Shown here piece by piece: positions 23,149 to 36,024 of a stretch of 64,000 nt of DNA. The notes beneath the pieces were generated by a model that searched no databases, was not told the DNA's origin, and saw only the letters and a program-made list of their open reading frames with translations. The stretch lies in the NCBI GenBank assembly GCA_014905635.1, contig JABVCE010000009.1, positions 434,001 through 498,000 on the forward strand, in the 5' to 3' direction. Origin of the DNA: Scenedesmus sp. PABB004 (lineage: Eukaryota). The number at the start of each line of letters is the position of its first letter. Within the stretch, counting starts at the first letter, position 1. Made by a program: the position numbers and the translations under genes.

Positions 23149-24042
23149 CTACGGCCCGCCCTGCTGCTGCTGCTGCTGCTGCTGCGCCTGCGCCTGCTGC
23201 CCCTCGCCCTGCGCCTGCTCACCGTCGGCGTGCTGCAGCACGCTCTGCGCGGCTGCGACGTCCTCGGGCGTGCGCCGCCCGGGCTGCTGGCCGTACTCGG
23301 CGTCGAGCGCCTCCCACGCGCGGAAGACCTTGGACTGCAGGTAGAAGCTGCCAAACTTGTTGTTGACCTCCATCATGTGCGCGTACCGCTGCGTGAAGGG
23401 CGGGTGTGCAGGGGGGTGCAGGGGTGTGAAAGGGTGCGGCGGCGGCGCGGCGGCGCGGCGCGCGGGGCTGGCGAGGGGCGTCGCGCGGGGCTGGCGAGGG
23501 GCGCGGCGCGCGGGGCTGGCGAGGGGCGTCACACGCGGGGCTGGCGCCCCCGCGCGGGCTGTGGCGAGGGTCGGCGCGCACCTTTGTGACGTCGACCCAG
23601 GAGGCCGCGGGGTCGACGTCGAGGATCATGCGCGCCTCGGCCGGCGACATGCCGCCCGTGCTGGCCTTGACCGTGCTGGCCGCCTCCTGCGCCACGCCCG
23701 ACTTGTGCGCGTCTGCGTGGCGGGCGGCGGGCACGCGCGTCGGCCGCCGCCGCGGGCGGCCGAGCAGCGCGGCGCCAGCCCGCCGCGTCCGCCGCCGTGC
23801 GCGGCCGCCGCTGCAGCCGCTGCTGCTGCCCTCGCCACGCCCCCGCCGCGCCCTGTCCGCACTCTGCAGCGCCTTGTGCCAGGCCTGGCTGGCCGCGCGC
23901 AGGACGGTCGTGGCGCCCGCCACGAGCAGCTGCGCCACGATGCGGCTCTGCGCGCGCGCGGCGGGACGCGCGAGGGTGGGGTCACGGGCCCCAGAGCGCG
24001 GAGCGCCCGACGCAGGGGCGCGCGGGCCCGCCAGCGCACCAT
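23149..24042 (-). CDS. PAM16: Mitochondrial import motor subunit Pam16/Tim16 (J-like domain)
   Basis: Spliced product M|SRIVAQLLVAGATTVLRAASQAWHKALQ|NAHKSG..GMSPAEARMILDV..|RYAHMMEVNNKFGSFYLQSKVFRAWEAL; GSFYLQSKV is the Pam16 signature. Confidence 0.93.
23461..23546. repeat. Intronic minisatellite in PAM16, about 4 copies of cgcggggctggcgaggggcg
   Basis: Directly visible units of about 23-26 nt. Confidence 0.8.
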
Positions 24043-24638
24043 GGCGCCCGCGCTCGCGAGGGATGCGCGCCCCCGAGCTGCCCGCGCGCTCAGCAGGCGC
24101 CGCGCATGGCCGTGCGGGGCGCCGGGGAGGAGGTAGGCACGACGCGGGAGCCAAGCAGTCGCGATTGGCTGCTCTGCCGCCGGCAGCAGCAGCAGCCAGA
24201 ACGCAGAGAGGTGCCTGCGCGATCCGTGGTGCGTGGGGGCCGCTGCTGGTGGTGTGAGGTGAACGAGGCGTCGCCTCAAGCTCCAGGGCGGCGTCGCAGA
24301 TCGCAGAGAACCGCCACTTTCCCCGCCGCCCACGCCGGCGCGACGCTTCCGTCGCGACGACGACTGCTGCGGGCCCGGCCCCGGGCGCGCCCGCGCTGCA
24401 GACCGGGCGCCACCACCACGCACTGCAGGCAGGCCAGGGCCTGGGCGCGCCAGGCGCCCGCCCCCGCTCCGCCGCGCCGCGCCGCGCCGGCAGCGGCCGC
24501 TGCCGCGGCGCCGCCGCCCGGCACGCGGGGGGCAGCCAGACGCGCGGCAGCGCCGCCCTGGCCGTGCGCAATCGACGGGGCAGCGCGCCGCGCAGCGACG
24601 AGCGCCCCTGGCCCGGGCGCAGCGCAGCACCAGCGGCC

Positions 24639-27156
24639 ATGGGCGGCGACCATCAGCAGCAGCAGCAGCAGCGCGCGGCGCCGCGCGGGCGCGCCGAGGC
24701 GGGAGGGCCGGGCCCGGTGTCCCTGGACGCGACCACCGCTGACCCGGGCCGGCACAAGCTTGCGCCGTCCGCCGCCGCGCCGGCAGCGGGGGCCGGCGGC
24801 GACGGCGCCGCTGCTGCCGGCGCCGGCGCGGACGCCGCGGGCGCCGAGGAGGCCTGGGTGATGCCGGACGCGTTCCTGCCGCTGCCCGCGGGCTTCGAGC
24901 CGCGCGGCAGCCGCGTCGACCTGCGCAGCCTCAGCGCCGCCGCGGTCGCGGCGCTCGCGGCGCAGCACAACGCCGCGGCGGGCGTCGCGGCGGACCCGTT
25001 TGCGGCGGTGCTGCGCGGCATCCCGGAGCGCGCCGTGCTGCGCCCCGACGCGCGCGAGGCGGACACGCACACGATGCTGGGGCCGGGCGCGCCCGTGCCG
25101 CCGGGCCCGTACGCCAAGGCGTGGCGCACGATCCGCAAGCGCTCGCAGGCCAAGGCCGCCGTCGCCGCGGACGCCGCTGCCAGGGTGCGCGGCGGCGCAG
25201 CGCGCGGCGCGGCGCGCGGGGGTCGGCACAGCGCGCGTCGCCGCGGCCGCGGCTGCTCACGCGCCCGTCCCCGCCCCCGGCCGCCCGCAGCGCGCCGAGG
25301 CGGCCGCGACCGCGGCGCGCCTGGCCCGCCTGCAGCGCGGCGCCGCGCACGGCGGCGGCGGCGGCGGCGACGGCGGCGACGGCGCCGCGCCGCGGCCCGC
25401 GCCGCCGCCGCGGCAGCAGCTGGTGGTGCCGCCGGAGCAGGCGCTGTGGCGCGCCAAGCTCGCGGGCTTCCTGGGCCGGCCCGTGGAGGTGCCCCAGCTG
25501 GCGCGTGAGGCGCCGGTGCTGGACCTCAATCGCCTGTTCATAGACGTGCGGCGGCGGCGGGCTTGCGTGCCCGGGGGGCGCGCGCGGCGCGCAGCGCGCC
25601 CGCCGGCCGCCCGCGCAGCCGCAGACCCGCGCCGCCCGCGGGGCCGCCCGCAGGTCATGGCGCAGGGCGGCAGCGACGCCGTGGCGCGCGCCGGCGGCTG
25701 GCGCGCGCTCGCGCTCGCGGCGCAGCGCGACGCCGGGCTCGCGGCGCCGCTGGCCGCGGTGTATGAGACCTACCTGCACCCGCTCGAGTGCGACCTGCCG
25801 CCGGGCGTGCGCCCCGGGCGGAGCCGCGACCACCTCGAGGGCCGCACGCAGCAGCGCGCGGGCCTCGGCGTCCGCGCGGGCAGCTACGAGGCGGCGCGCT
25901 TTGCCGTCGAGCGCGCGGCGGCGGCGGCGGCGCGCGCGCTGCCGTGGGCGGCGCAGCTCGTCGAGCAGGAGCAGGGGCAGGAGCAGGAGCCGGAGCAGGA
26001 GCAGGGGCAGGAGCAGGGGCAGGGGCGCGCACTGCGGTCGCCGGAGGGGCAGCAGGCGGAGGAGCAGGCGCAGGGGCAGCAGGAGCGGCAGGGGCAGCAG
26101 CACGCGCGCCGGCGCGCGCCACGCTCGTTGCTGGGGGCCGCCGCGCTGCAGCTGCTGCGCCAGGCGGCGGTCGCGCCGGAGGGCCTGGTGGGGGAGCTGG
26201 CGCGGCACGGCCTCGCGCCGGGGCTGCACGCGCCGTCGCACGCCGCCTGCATCGCTGCCATGCAGCGCGCGCACGCGAGGAGGAGCGCCGTGGACGAGTG
26301 GGCGGAGTGGGACGAGCAGCAGCTCGCCAGCGTGGAGCAGGAGCTGCGCGAGGACGCCGCGGCGGGCGCCGCGGCAGCCGGCGGCGCAGGGCGCGCCGCG
26401 CCGGCGGCAGCCGAGGGCGACGAGCAGCAGCAGCCCGCGGGCTCGGCCGGCGAGCGCGCCTCGGCGTCGGAGGCGAGCGGCAGCCCGCCCGCCGCCAAGC
26501 GCGCGCGCGCCGGCCCGGCCGACGACAGCCCGGGCGGCGGCGGGCAGCCGCGGGACGGCGGCGCCGCAGCGGCGGCGGCGGCGGCGGCCGACGCCAGCGG
26601 TGCCGGTGGCACGGCAACAGCAGCGGCGGCGGCAGCGGCAGCAGCCGGTGCCGGCGGCGGGGAGGGCGCCGCCGCTGCCGCTGCCGCGGGCGGGGGCGCC
26701 GCGGCGGTGGGCGCGGCGCAGCAGCTCGACGCGGCGCGCTGGCTGCTGCTCTCGCGCCGCGCGCTGCTGAGCGGCCCGCCCGGCTGCGACAAGGCGCCGC
26801 TCGCGCTGCCGGGCATGCGCGGCAGCGACGCGGGCGGCCCGCGGCCGCCGTCGGGGCGGCTCTGGCGCAGCAGCGGCGGCGGCTCGACCGGCGTCGGCGG
26901 CGACGCGGGCGGCGGCCCGCGCGGCGCGGCGCGGCGCGCGTTCAAGGGCATCACGCCCAAGTGCGGGCGCTGCCACACCTGCCAGCACCCGAGCATGAAA
27001 AAGGCGTGCGTGCTCAACCGGGAGCGCATCGCGGCGGGCCTGCCGCCCGTGGTGCCCGGCGGCGGCGGCGCGAGCGGCGCGAGCGGCGGCGCGAGCGGCG
27101 GCAGTCGCGGCGGCGGGAGCGACGGCGGCAGCCCGAGCGACGGCGCGAGCGGGTAG
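24639..27156 (+). CDS. ARID-domain chromatin protein with a C-terminal CxxCxxC-x7-C (CXXC-like) motif
   Basis: VPQLAREAPVLDLNRLFID|VMAQGGSDAVARAGGWRALA..LAAVYETYLHPLE fits ARID; KCGRCHTCQHPSMKKACVLNRER near 26958-27026; PPAAKRAR is NLS-like. Confidence 0.78.
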
Positions 27157-27894
27157 CGAGCGGGTAGCGCGCCCGCGTGCGCGTGGTCGGCGTCCAGAGT
27201 TTGTGCGCGGTGCGCGCGCCGCGCGGCTGTGACCACCGCAGGTGCACTCCGTGAACGGCATGGGCGCGGCTGAGCGGGCCGGCCCGGCGCTCGATCGCCG
27301 CGCGGCCGCGGGCGCGCGTGGCGGCAGGCGCGGCGCGACGCCGCGTGCGGCCGGCGGCGCGGCGCGGGCGGCGGGCTGCGGGCGCGGCCTGGGCCGGCGT
27401 GAGCCGTCGCCCACGCGCGCTGGCGCCACGCCGCCACCGCCCGCGTGCGCGCGCCGGGGCTCGGGCGGTGGGCAGTCACGCCGCCCGCCGCCCCGGCCGG
27501 CGCGGGCGCGCAGAGCGGTCCCGCCACCCGCGGCACACACGGCACCTCCGACCCCGCCCGCACCGCGTGCGCAGCGAGCTGCACGAACCTGACCCAGCAG
27601 CGGCCCGCGCCCAGGCTGGAGCCAGGGTCAGGGCGCGAGGCCCCGCCACAGCCACCCTCGCCGCCGCGCGGTGGCGCTGTGAGGCGCGCCGCGGGGGCGC
27701 CCCGCTCGCGCATGCCCGCTCTCTAGGCGCTCGCTCTCCCTGGGCGGCGCTCGGGGCGCCCGGCGCAGCACAGCCAGGCGCGGGGGAGCGGACCGAGCGT
27801 CACCATGGCGCGGCTGCGCGCCGCCTGAGGCGCTGCGCGCTCGGCAGCAGGCCCCCAGGCATCGGCGCCCCGCCCGGGGCGCCCGCGGGCGGCC

Positions 27895-30800
27895 ATGGCA
27901 TCCACGCGGGCGCCGCCGCCCATGGCGCGCTGCCTGGTGCGCAACGACACGACTAGCCTCGGTGAGCAGCGCCCCGGCACGCGCGGGCGCAGTTGCCGCG
28001 CGCCGCGGGCCCCGCGTGGGCCCCCGGGTGGCGCCCGCGCCCCGCCACGGCCGCAGCGCGGGCCGCGGCGCGCCGCCCCGCCCCGCCCGCGGCGCGCGGG
28101 CGGGCCGGGGGTCGGCATGCGTGCCCGCCCGCCCCGCGGGGCGCCGCGCGCGCCCGCCGACGCCGCGCCGCCCGCCCCCGCAGACCCGGTGGGCTGCTGC
28201 CTCGCCCTGGAGGGCCGGCTGTCCAGTGCGGAGGCGCGCAGCGACCTGCCGGGCGCCCTGCGCTCGGCGAGCCAGTGCAGCGACCAGCAGCAGCTGGCGG
28301 AGCAGGGGCCGCAGTCGCAGCCGCAGCAGCGGCCGGAGCAGGCCCCCGGGCCCGCGCCGGAGGCCGCGCCGGAGCCGCGCGGCGGCGGCGGCGGCGCCGC
28401 CGCCCCGATCGCGGCGCCGCGCTGCCTCAGCTCGCAGGCGCACGAGCTGCCCGCCGACCTGCTGGACGCGTTCCAGGGCTGCAGCGGCGGCGCCGGCGGC
28501 GCGGAGCCCGGCGACGGTGCCGGCGCCGGCCGGAGCAGCAGCGCGAGCGGCCTCTCGCAGCAGGACAGCCTCGTCGCGCCGCCGCCGGGCAGCCACTTCG
28601 CGTGCGCGGCCGGCGCGCTGTCGGGCTCGCCGCCGGCGCGGCCGCCGGTCGCGACCGCGATCGAGCGCACGAGCACGGCGACGCTGGACGCCAACGGCGG
28701 CGTCGACCACGGCGCGGGCGTGCACGACCCGAGCTGCACCTGCCCGCCCTACGCCGTCAAGTCGACGTGCGGGAAGCGGCCCAACATGGAGGACACCTAC
28801 GCGCTGTGCCCCAACATCTGCGCGCTGCCGCTCTCGCCGCTCGCGCACGAGTACGCCGACAAGCTGCCGCACCGCATCGCGGTGCAGTTTGAGAGCCACT
28901 GCATGTACCTGCCCGCGCCGGGCGCGAGCCCGCCCGGCGCCGACGCGCAGCACCACCAGCCGGGCGCGGCGCAGCCGCGCCCGCCGGGCGCGCAGCGCCA
29001 GGACTCGGTGGACATGCAGCTGCTGGCGCCCGGCGCGGCCGCGGCCGTGCCCGCGCCCGCGCCCGGCGCGGCCGACACCGCCGCGGCGTTTGCCGTCGGC
29101 GCCGCGCTGCTGCCGGCGCCGCTCGCGGCGGCGCCGGACGCCGAGGCGAGCGTGAGCAGCCTCGCGTCGTCGTCGGACGGCGGCTGCGTCGAGAAGCTGC
29201 ACTTTTTCGGCGTCTACGACGGCCACGGCGGCATCGAGGCCTCCCAGCACTGCGCGCAGCGGCTGCACTACCACCTCAGCAAGGCCGTGGCCGACATGGC
29301 CGCGAGCTGGCTGGAGAGCGCGGCGGGCGACGAGGCGGCGGGCAGCTGGAACCCAGAGGTGCGCGCGCGGGGCGGCGGACGAGGGGCGCGCCGCGCGCGC
29401 GCTGCGCGCGCGCTCGGCCGCCCGCTCTGCTCACGCGCGTCGCGCCGCGCCGCCGGGCGCGCCGCAGGCGCGGTACGTGCCGCTGGACACTGTGCGCGTG
29501 GGGCAGGGCGGCTCGGGCGGCTCGGGCGAGGCCAGCCCCGGCGCGTCGCCGGGCGACGCGGGCGCGTCGCCGGTGACGCCCGGCGAGGCCGACTGCAGCC
29601 CCAGCAGCGCGTGCAGCTCTGGCGCCGCCGCCGCCGCCGCGGTCGCCGCCAGCAGCAGCGCGAGCAGCAGCGAGGGCCGCGACCCCGAGCTCGGGCGCAG
29701 CGTGAGCTCGACGAGCACCGGCGCGAGCGGCGGCGCGCCGCCTGACAGCAGCGAGGCCGACAGCAGCAACGACAGCGCGGAGGGCAGCGAGGGCCCGCCC
29801 GCGTCGTCGTTCTGCGGGCTGATGGAGGACGTGCTGCGCGACGCGTTCCTCAAGACGGACGAGGAGTTCAGCAACAGCGGCCTGCAGGCCGGCCTCGTCG
29901 GGAGCACCGCGGTCGTCGCGCTCGTCGGCACGCACCGCGTGTGGATCGCCAACTGCGGTGCGGCGGCCGCGCGCGCGCGCGCGCGCGCGGGGCGGCGGGC
30001 AGGGCGCCCGGCATGCGCGCACGCGCGCGCGCGTTCGCCGCGCCGCCGCTCACGCGCCCGCCCGCCGCCCCGCCAGGCGACTCGCGTGCGGTGCTGAGCC
30101 GCGGCGGCGTGGCGGTGCAGGTCACGGACGACCACAAGCCCGAGCGCGAGGACGAGGCGGTGCGTGGCCGCAGGCGCAGCGCCGCTGACGCAGCGGGCGG
30201 CGGGCCGCCGCGGCGCCGCGCGCGCCCCGCGCGCCGCGCACCGACCGCCGCTCGCTGCTCGCGGCTCGCCGTGCGCAGGAGCGCGTGGAGAAGGCGGGCG
30301 GCCAGGTGCTGTACTGGAACGGGCACCGCGTGATGGGCGTGCTCGCGATGAGCCGCGCGATCGGCGACCACTGCCTGCGCCCGTACGTCATCCCGGAGCC
30401 CGAGGTGCGCCGGCGGCGGCGGCGGCGCGGGGTCGGGGGCGGGCCCTGCGCAGGCCGCGGCCGCACGCCGGCCCGAGCCCCGCGCGCCGGCACGAGCCCC
30501 GCGCGCCGGCCCGAGCCCCGCGCGCCGGCTCGAGCCCCGCGCGCCCGCCGCGGCGCCGCAGATCTCGGTCTTTGCGCGCCACGCGCGCGACGAGCTGCTG
30601 CTGCTCGCGAGCGACGGGCTGTGGGACGTGCTGAGCAACCAGGAGGCGACCGACCTCGCGCTGCGCAGCATCAAGCGCGCGCGCGAGAAGGGCGCGTCGC
30701 GCAAGGCCGCCGCGCGCGTCGCCGCGACGGTGCTGACCAAGGCCGCCGTCGACCGCGGCAGCCGGGACAACATCACCGTCGTCATCATCGACCTCTCGCC

Positions 30801-31565
30801 GCCCAGCACCGGCGGCGAGCGCCCGTGCGGCGAGCGCGGCGCGACGAGCGGCGGCGGCGGCCCGCCGCCATGCGCCGAGGCGGCGCCGGCGGCGCCGCGC
30901 GGCGGCGGCGGCTGCGGTGACGCGGGCGACGCGGGCGCGCCGTGCGGCGAGGCGGCGCCGGCGCCGCCGCCCGGCGGCGGCCGGCCACCGGGCGCGCGGC
31001 CCAGCAGCAGCGGCAGCAGCAGCGGGCGCGCCGCGCCGCGGCCCGGCAGCGGGCGCAGCGGCAGCGGCACGTCCAACCCCTTTGCCGCGGCGGCGGCCAG
31101 TCCCTTCAGCACGGCGGCGACGGGCAGCAGCGAGCTGCCGCTGCCGTGCGGCTCGGGCGCCGGCTCCAACACCGACCTCGCCGCGGTCGCCGCGGCGGCC
31201 TCGGCCGCGGTGGAGCGCAGCAACCGCAGCAGCGCGAGCAGCGGCGCCGCGAGCGGCCGGCTGCGCGTGTCGGGCGCGGGCAGCGCGTTCGCCGCGGCCG
31301 CGCCCGCCAGCGCGGGCGCCGCGGACCGGCTCGCCGGCGAGCTCGGGGGCTGGACCTGTCGGGCGGCCGCGCCGGCGGGCGCGGCGGCTCACTGCCCAGC
31401 ATCGACAGCGCGGCGGCCGCGAGCTCGGCCGCGGAGGGCAGCGCCACGTCCAGCAGCCTCGAGGAGCAGCCCACAATTGTGGACCCGCCCCCGGCGCTCG
31501 TGCGGCAGGCCAGCAGCTCGCCGTTCTCGGCGTTCCAGGGCGGCGCGCCGTTCACCGACGCGTGA
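27895..31565 (+). CDS. Protein phosphatase 2C, clade A (ABI1/HAB1)-like; 3' end uncertain (31565 if a 1-nt indel is corrected, 31749 as read)
   Basis: [97 protein letters not shown]. Confidence 0.93.
30471..30546. repeat. Intronic minisatellite, about 4 x 19 nt (cgagccccgcgcgccggc)
   Basis: Directly visible in the last intron of the PP2C gene. Confidence 0.8.
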
Positions 31566-32178
31566 GTACCTAGGCCCCCCCCTGCCGGGGCGCAAGCAGT
31601 CGAGCCAACAGCTCGTTAACTATCAGCGGGCGCCGCAGCTGGCGGCGGCCCGCTGCGGGCGCGCGCGCGCCGCAGCAGCAGCGCCGCGCGGGCGGCGCGG
31701 GACCTATGTACCGCCCCGCGCCGCTCCGCCGGCCCGCTGCTCTCTTTGATTGGCGCCGCGCGCCCGTCCCTGCGTGCTGTGGCAGCGGCAGCGCGCGGCG
31801 CGCCGACCGCCGCGCGGGATGGGGCGCATGGGTGTGTGGTATGGTTTTACGGTTGGTTCAGGCGCCGCGGCCGCGGCGCCGCGCGGCGCTGCAGCTGCAG
31901 TGCCGCCGCGCCGCGGCCGCGCGCGCGGCCCTCGCCGGCTGCGCGTCCGCCTTTTGACACTCGACCCCGACGGGCTCTGAGCCAGGCTGCGCCTGCGACG
32001 GGCGCGGGCCGCGCGCCACGAACTGCGCGCCCCGCCCGGCCGCTGCGCGCGGGCCGCGGCGCCCATGACCGCCGCGCCGCTGCGCCAACGCGCGCAGCGT
32101 GCGCGGCGGGGCGGCGCGGCGGGGCGGCTGCGGGGCGGCCGCGCGGCAGCGCGCGCCGCCCACAATGCATGACCCGCC

Positions 32179-32183
32179 TGTAA
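32179..32183 (+). promoter_or_regulatory. Candidate TGTAA polyadenylation signal for the upstream PP2C gene
   Basis: TGTAA is the established chlorophyte poly(A) signal; it is rare in this GC-rich DNA and lies between PP2C and IFT80. Confidence 0.35.
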
Positions 32184-32484
32184 ATCCTGCACAGACAGCT
32201 GTATTTCGCGGGCTGCGGGGCGGCGGAAATGATGGGGACGGGACGGGAGTCCAGTAAAGCGCGCCCGGTCAAACCGCTGCCGCCGTCGGTCAAACGCCGC
32301 CGCCCGCGATCCGCAGCGTGCGCGCAGCAGCACCCCCGCAGCAGCATCGGGCCAGCCTCGCGCAGCGCGCCCCGCTGCACGGAAGCAGGGGGAGTCGAGG
32401 CCGGGCGCAGCCCTCGCTTCTGCCGCCGCCGGCCCGTCCCCGCCACCGCACGCCCCTGGCGTGGCGCCCACGCGAGGTCCCTGG

Positions 32485-35400
32485 ATGCGGCTGCACCTCC
32501 TGCCCGCGGCGGGCAAGCCCGCGCACGGCGAGCTGGCCTGCGCCGTGGGCTGGGCGGCCGTCGGCGACCTGCTCACCGCCGCGGACGACCAGGCCCTTCA
32601 CCGCTGGGGCCCCCGGGGCGAGCCACAGGGCAAGGCGCGTCTGCTTGCACGCTGCCGGCGCCCGGAGCGAAGCGCAGCCGAGCCGGCGCCGCGCTGACCG
32701 CGTGCGCGCCGCCGCTGCTCGCGACGCAGGCGGCGGTGCTGGACACGCACCTGGCCGACCTGCACTGCTTCCCGGGTGGCTCCCGGCGCCAGGCCGCGCC
32801 CGGCAGCGACCTGGTCGCGCTCGCCTGCACCGACGGTGCGCGCCAGCCCGCCGGCAGCGCGCGCCGAGGCTGCGGCCCGCGCCGGCGCGCCGTCCCACGC
32901 GCGGCGGCCGGCGCGCAGGCACGCTGCGGCTCGTCGGCGCCAACGGGCGGCAGGAGAAGAGCGTGGAGGCGCACCGCGGCGCCGTGCTCTGCGTGCGGTG
33001 GAGCCCCGACGGTGCGCGCCGCCGCGGCGCGCGGGGGCGAGGTCGCGCCGTGCGCGCCGGCGCGGGCGCCGACAGCGCACGCCACGCCGTGGCGCGCGCA
33101 GGCAGCGCGCTCGCGACGTCGGGCGAGGACGGGCAGGTCAAGGTGTGGAGCCGCGCCGCGATGCTGCGCTCCACGCTCGCGACGGCGGACGCGCCCGCGC
33201 ACGCCGTGGCCTGGGGCGGCGCCGACGGCGGCGCGCTGCTCTACGCGTCGGGCTGCCACATCACCACGCGCGCGCTGCAGGCGGGGCTGCCCGGCGGCGC
33301 GCACGCGGCGTCGGCGAGCTGGCGCGCGCACGAGTCGCTCGTGCTCGCGGCAGACTGGAGCGGCACGACCGGCCGCATCGTGACGGGCGGCGAGGACTGC
33401 CGATACAAGGCGCGGCCCGGCCAGGGCGGGGCAGCGCGGCGGCGAGGCGCCGGGCTGGCCGCCGGCGCGGTGCCACGCCTGCCCGCGCCGCCCGCGCTCG
33501 CGCGAGCCCCTCCGCGCGCGGCCCCCGCCGCCGCGCCGCGCAGGTCTGGGACGCCCACGGCCGGCTGCTGTACGCGGCCAGCCCCTGGGAGCAGCCGGTC
33601 ACGGCGGTCGCGTGGAGCCCCGACGGCGGGGTCTTTGCGGCGGGGTCGTTCAACCGCCTCGCGCTCTGCGACCGGCAGGGCTGGCCGCACAGCCAGGCGC
33701 GCCCGGGCGTCGGCTCGCTGCTGGGCCTCGCGTGGAGCCCCGACGGCACGGCGCTCGCGGGCGTCGGCGGCGGCGGCGGGCTCGTGCTCGCCGCGCTGCT
33801 CGAGGCGCGGCTTGACGACGGGCGCGTGACGGCGGTGCTGGAGGGCGAGCGGCTCATCGGCGTGGCCGACCTGCGGACCGACACGCGCGAGGCGCTGGAG
33901 TTCCGGGACCCCGTCGTCAGGATGAGCCTGGGTGGGTGCGGCGCGCGCCGAGCGTGATTGCAAGGGCCGCGGCGGCGCCGGCGGCCTCACGGGTGCCCCC
34001 GCGCGCGCGTGCCGCAGGCTGCCGGCACCTTGTGGTGGCGACCGCGAGCCAGTGCCACATCTTCTCGACGGCCAACTGGAACACGCCGCACATCTTTGAC
34101 CTACGCGAGGCGGTGCAGCTCGTGCTGCAGTGCGGGCGCGGGTTTGCGCTGCTCGACGCGGCCGGCGCGCTGCAGGCACGCGCGCGTGCGCGCGCGGCGC
34201 TGGGGCGCGCAGCGCGGGGCCGCTGCGCCCACGCCCGCGCCGCGGCTCACGCACGCGCGCCCGCGCCCGCGTCGCCAGGTCTACACGTACGAGGGCCGCG
34301 CGGTGTGCGGCATCAAGCCGCAGGGCCTCGCCGCGCAGCAGCCGGCGGCGCTGATCAGCCTCAGCGCCGACACGCTCGCGGTCGCGGCCGGCGGCGCCGT
34401 GCGCTGCTACGAGACCGCGCAGGGGCGGCCCGCCGGCGAGCCCTTCGCGCACGGGCAGGAGGTCAGGGCGGTGTGCCTGAGCCAGGTGCGCGGCGCGGCG
34501 CGCACCTGGGGGGAGGGCCTCGGCCAGGTCAGGACTGCGCGCGCGCGCGTGCACAGGCTGGCGGCGCGCCCACGCGCCCGCCCGCCGGGCCGCGGTCGCA
34601 GTCGGGCACCGCCGCGGAGCGGCTGCTGGCGCTGCTGGACGCCAACGGCGACCTCTACCTGGTGCGGCCGCTGGCCGGCGGCGACGGCGGCGGCAGCGCG
34701 GCGCCCAAGGCCGCCGCGGGCGCGGCCGGCCAGCCCCAGCCGCAGCAGGGCGGGCAGCAGCTGCAGCAGCAGCAGCAGCAGCAGCAGGAGCAGCAGCGGC
34801 AGCAGCGGCAGGGCCGCCTGGTCAAGCTGGCGAGCAACGTGTCCGGCGCGCCGGTCTGGCACGACACGGCGCCCATGCTCGCGGCGCTCGTCGACGGGCA
34901 GCTCGTGGTGTGGACGCACCCGGGCGCGGCGTTTGTGGACGGCGGCCTGCTGGAGGCCACCAAATGCGTGCAGGCAGACGGGTGCGCGGTCGGGCGCCCC
35001 CGCCGGCACGGCCGCCCTGCAGCGCCGGCTGACCGGCGCCGCCGCCGCCGCCGCGCAGGGCGTTTGGCGCCGGCGCCACGCTGGAGCTCTTCGCCGGCAG
35101 CGCGCTGCTGCTGCGCCGCCGCGACGGCGCGCGCGTGTGCGCCGCCATCACGCCGCAGCCGGCGCTGCTGCACGACCTCGCGCGCCAGGGGCAGTGGGAC
35201 AAGGCGCTGCGGCTGGCAAGGTGGGCGCCGCGCTGGCGGCGCCGCGTGCCGCGCGCCGGCGACCCGGCGGCGCTCACTCCGGCGCGCGCCCCGCCGCCGC
35301 CGCCAGGGTGAGCGCCGAGGCGCCGCTCTGGGCCTGCCTCGCCGCGCTCGCGCTGGGCGCGGGCGAGCTGGCTGCGGCCGAGGCGGCGTGCGCGGCGGTC

Positions 35401-36024
35401 GACGCGGTGGACAAGCTGCAGTTTGTCCGCGGCCTGCGCGACGGCGGCGCCGGCGCGGCCGGGGACGTCGTCGTCGCGGCGCAGCTCGCCGCGGCGCGGC
35501 GGCGGCCGGACGAGGCCGAGGCGATGCTGCTGCAGGCGCGCGGCGCGGCGCTGCGCGGCGCGCACGGCCGGTCCCTGTGCGCGGCCGCTCAGCGCACCGG
35601 CCGCCGGCGGCCGGTCCGCGGCTCGGCGAGCGCTCGCACCGCGCCCGCGCGCCGCCGGCAGGCCGGGCTGACCTACCGGGCCATCAAGCTCCACGTGCGC
35701 CTGCACAACTGGGGCCGCGCGCTGGAGCTCGCCCAGCGCAGCGGGCAGCACGTCGACACCGTGCTCCTGCACCGCCGCAGGCACGCCGCCGCGCCTGCCG
35801 CGGCGCCTCGCTGTGCGCACGCGTTGTTGGGGCGCGGCGCTGAGCCCCGTGCCGCGCCGCCGCCGCGCAGGCACCTCGCGGCGGCGGGCCAGGCGCAGGA
35901 GGTGCTGCCCGCGTACGCCGCGCTCGCGGGCGAGGCGCTCGACGAGGCGTCGATCCGGGAGCGCGTCGCGGCGGACAAGGCGCGCGAGGCCGCGCTGCGC
36001 AGCAGGGGCGCACAGCGGCGGTGA
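32485..36024 (+). CDS. IFT80: Intraflagellar transport protein 80 (WD40 + alpha-solenoid)
   Basis: [102 protein letters not shown]. Confidence 0.95.

Noticed and set aside
15819..24657. Transposon bounded by terminal inverted repeats
   Set aside because: The enclosed genes (ankyrin, LRR, PAM16) include no transposase, one repeat copy overlaps a host start codon, and I found no target-site duplication.
27147..27168. Duplicated gagcgggtagc at the ARID gene stop
   Set aside because: An 11-nt slippage duplication with no evident consequence.
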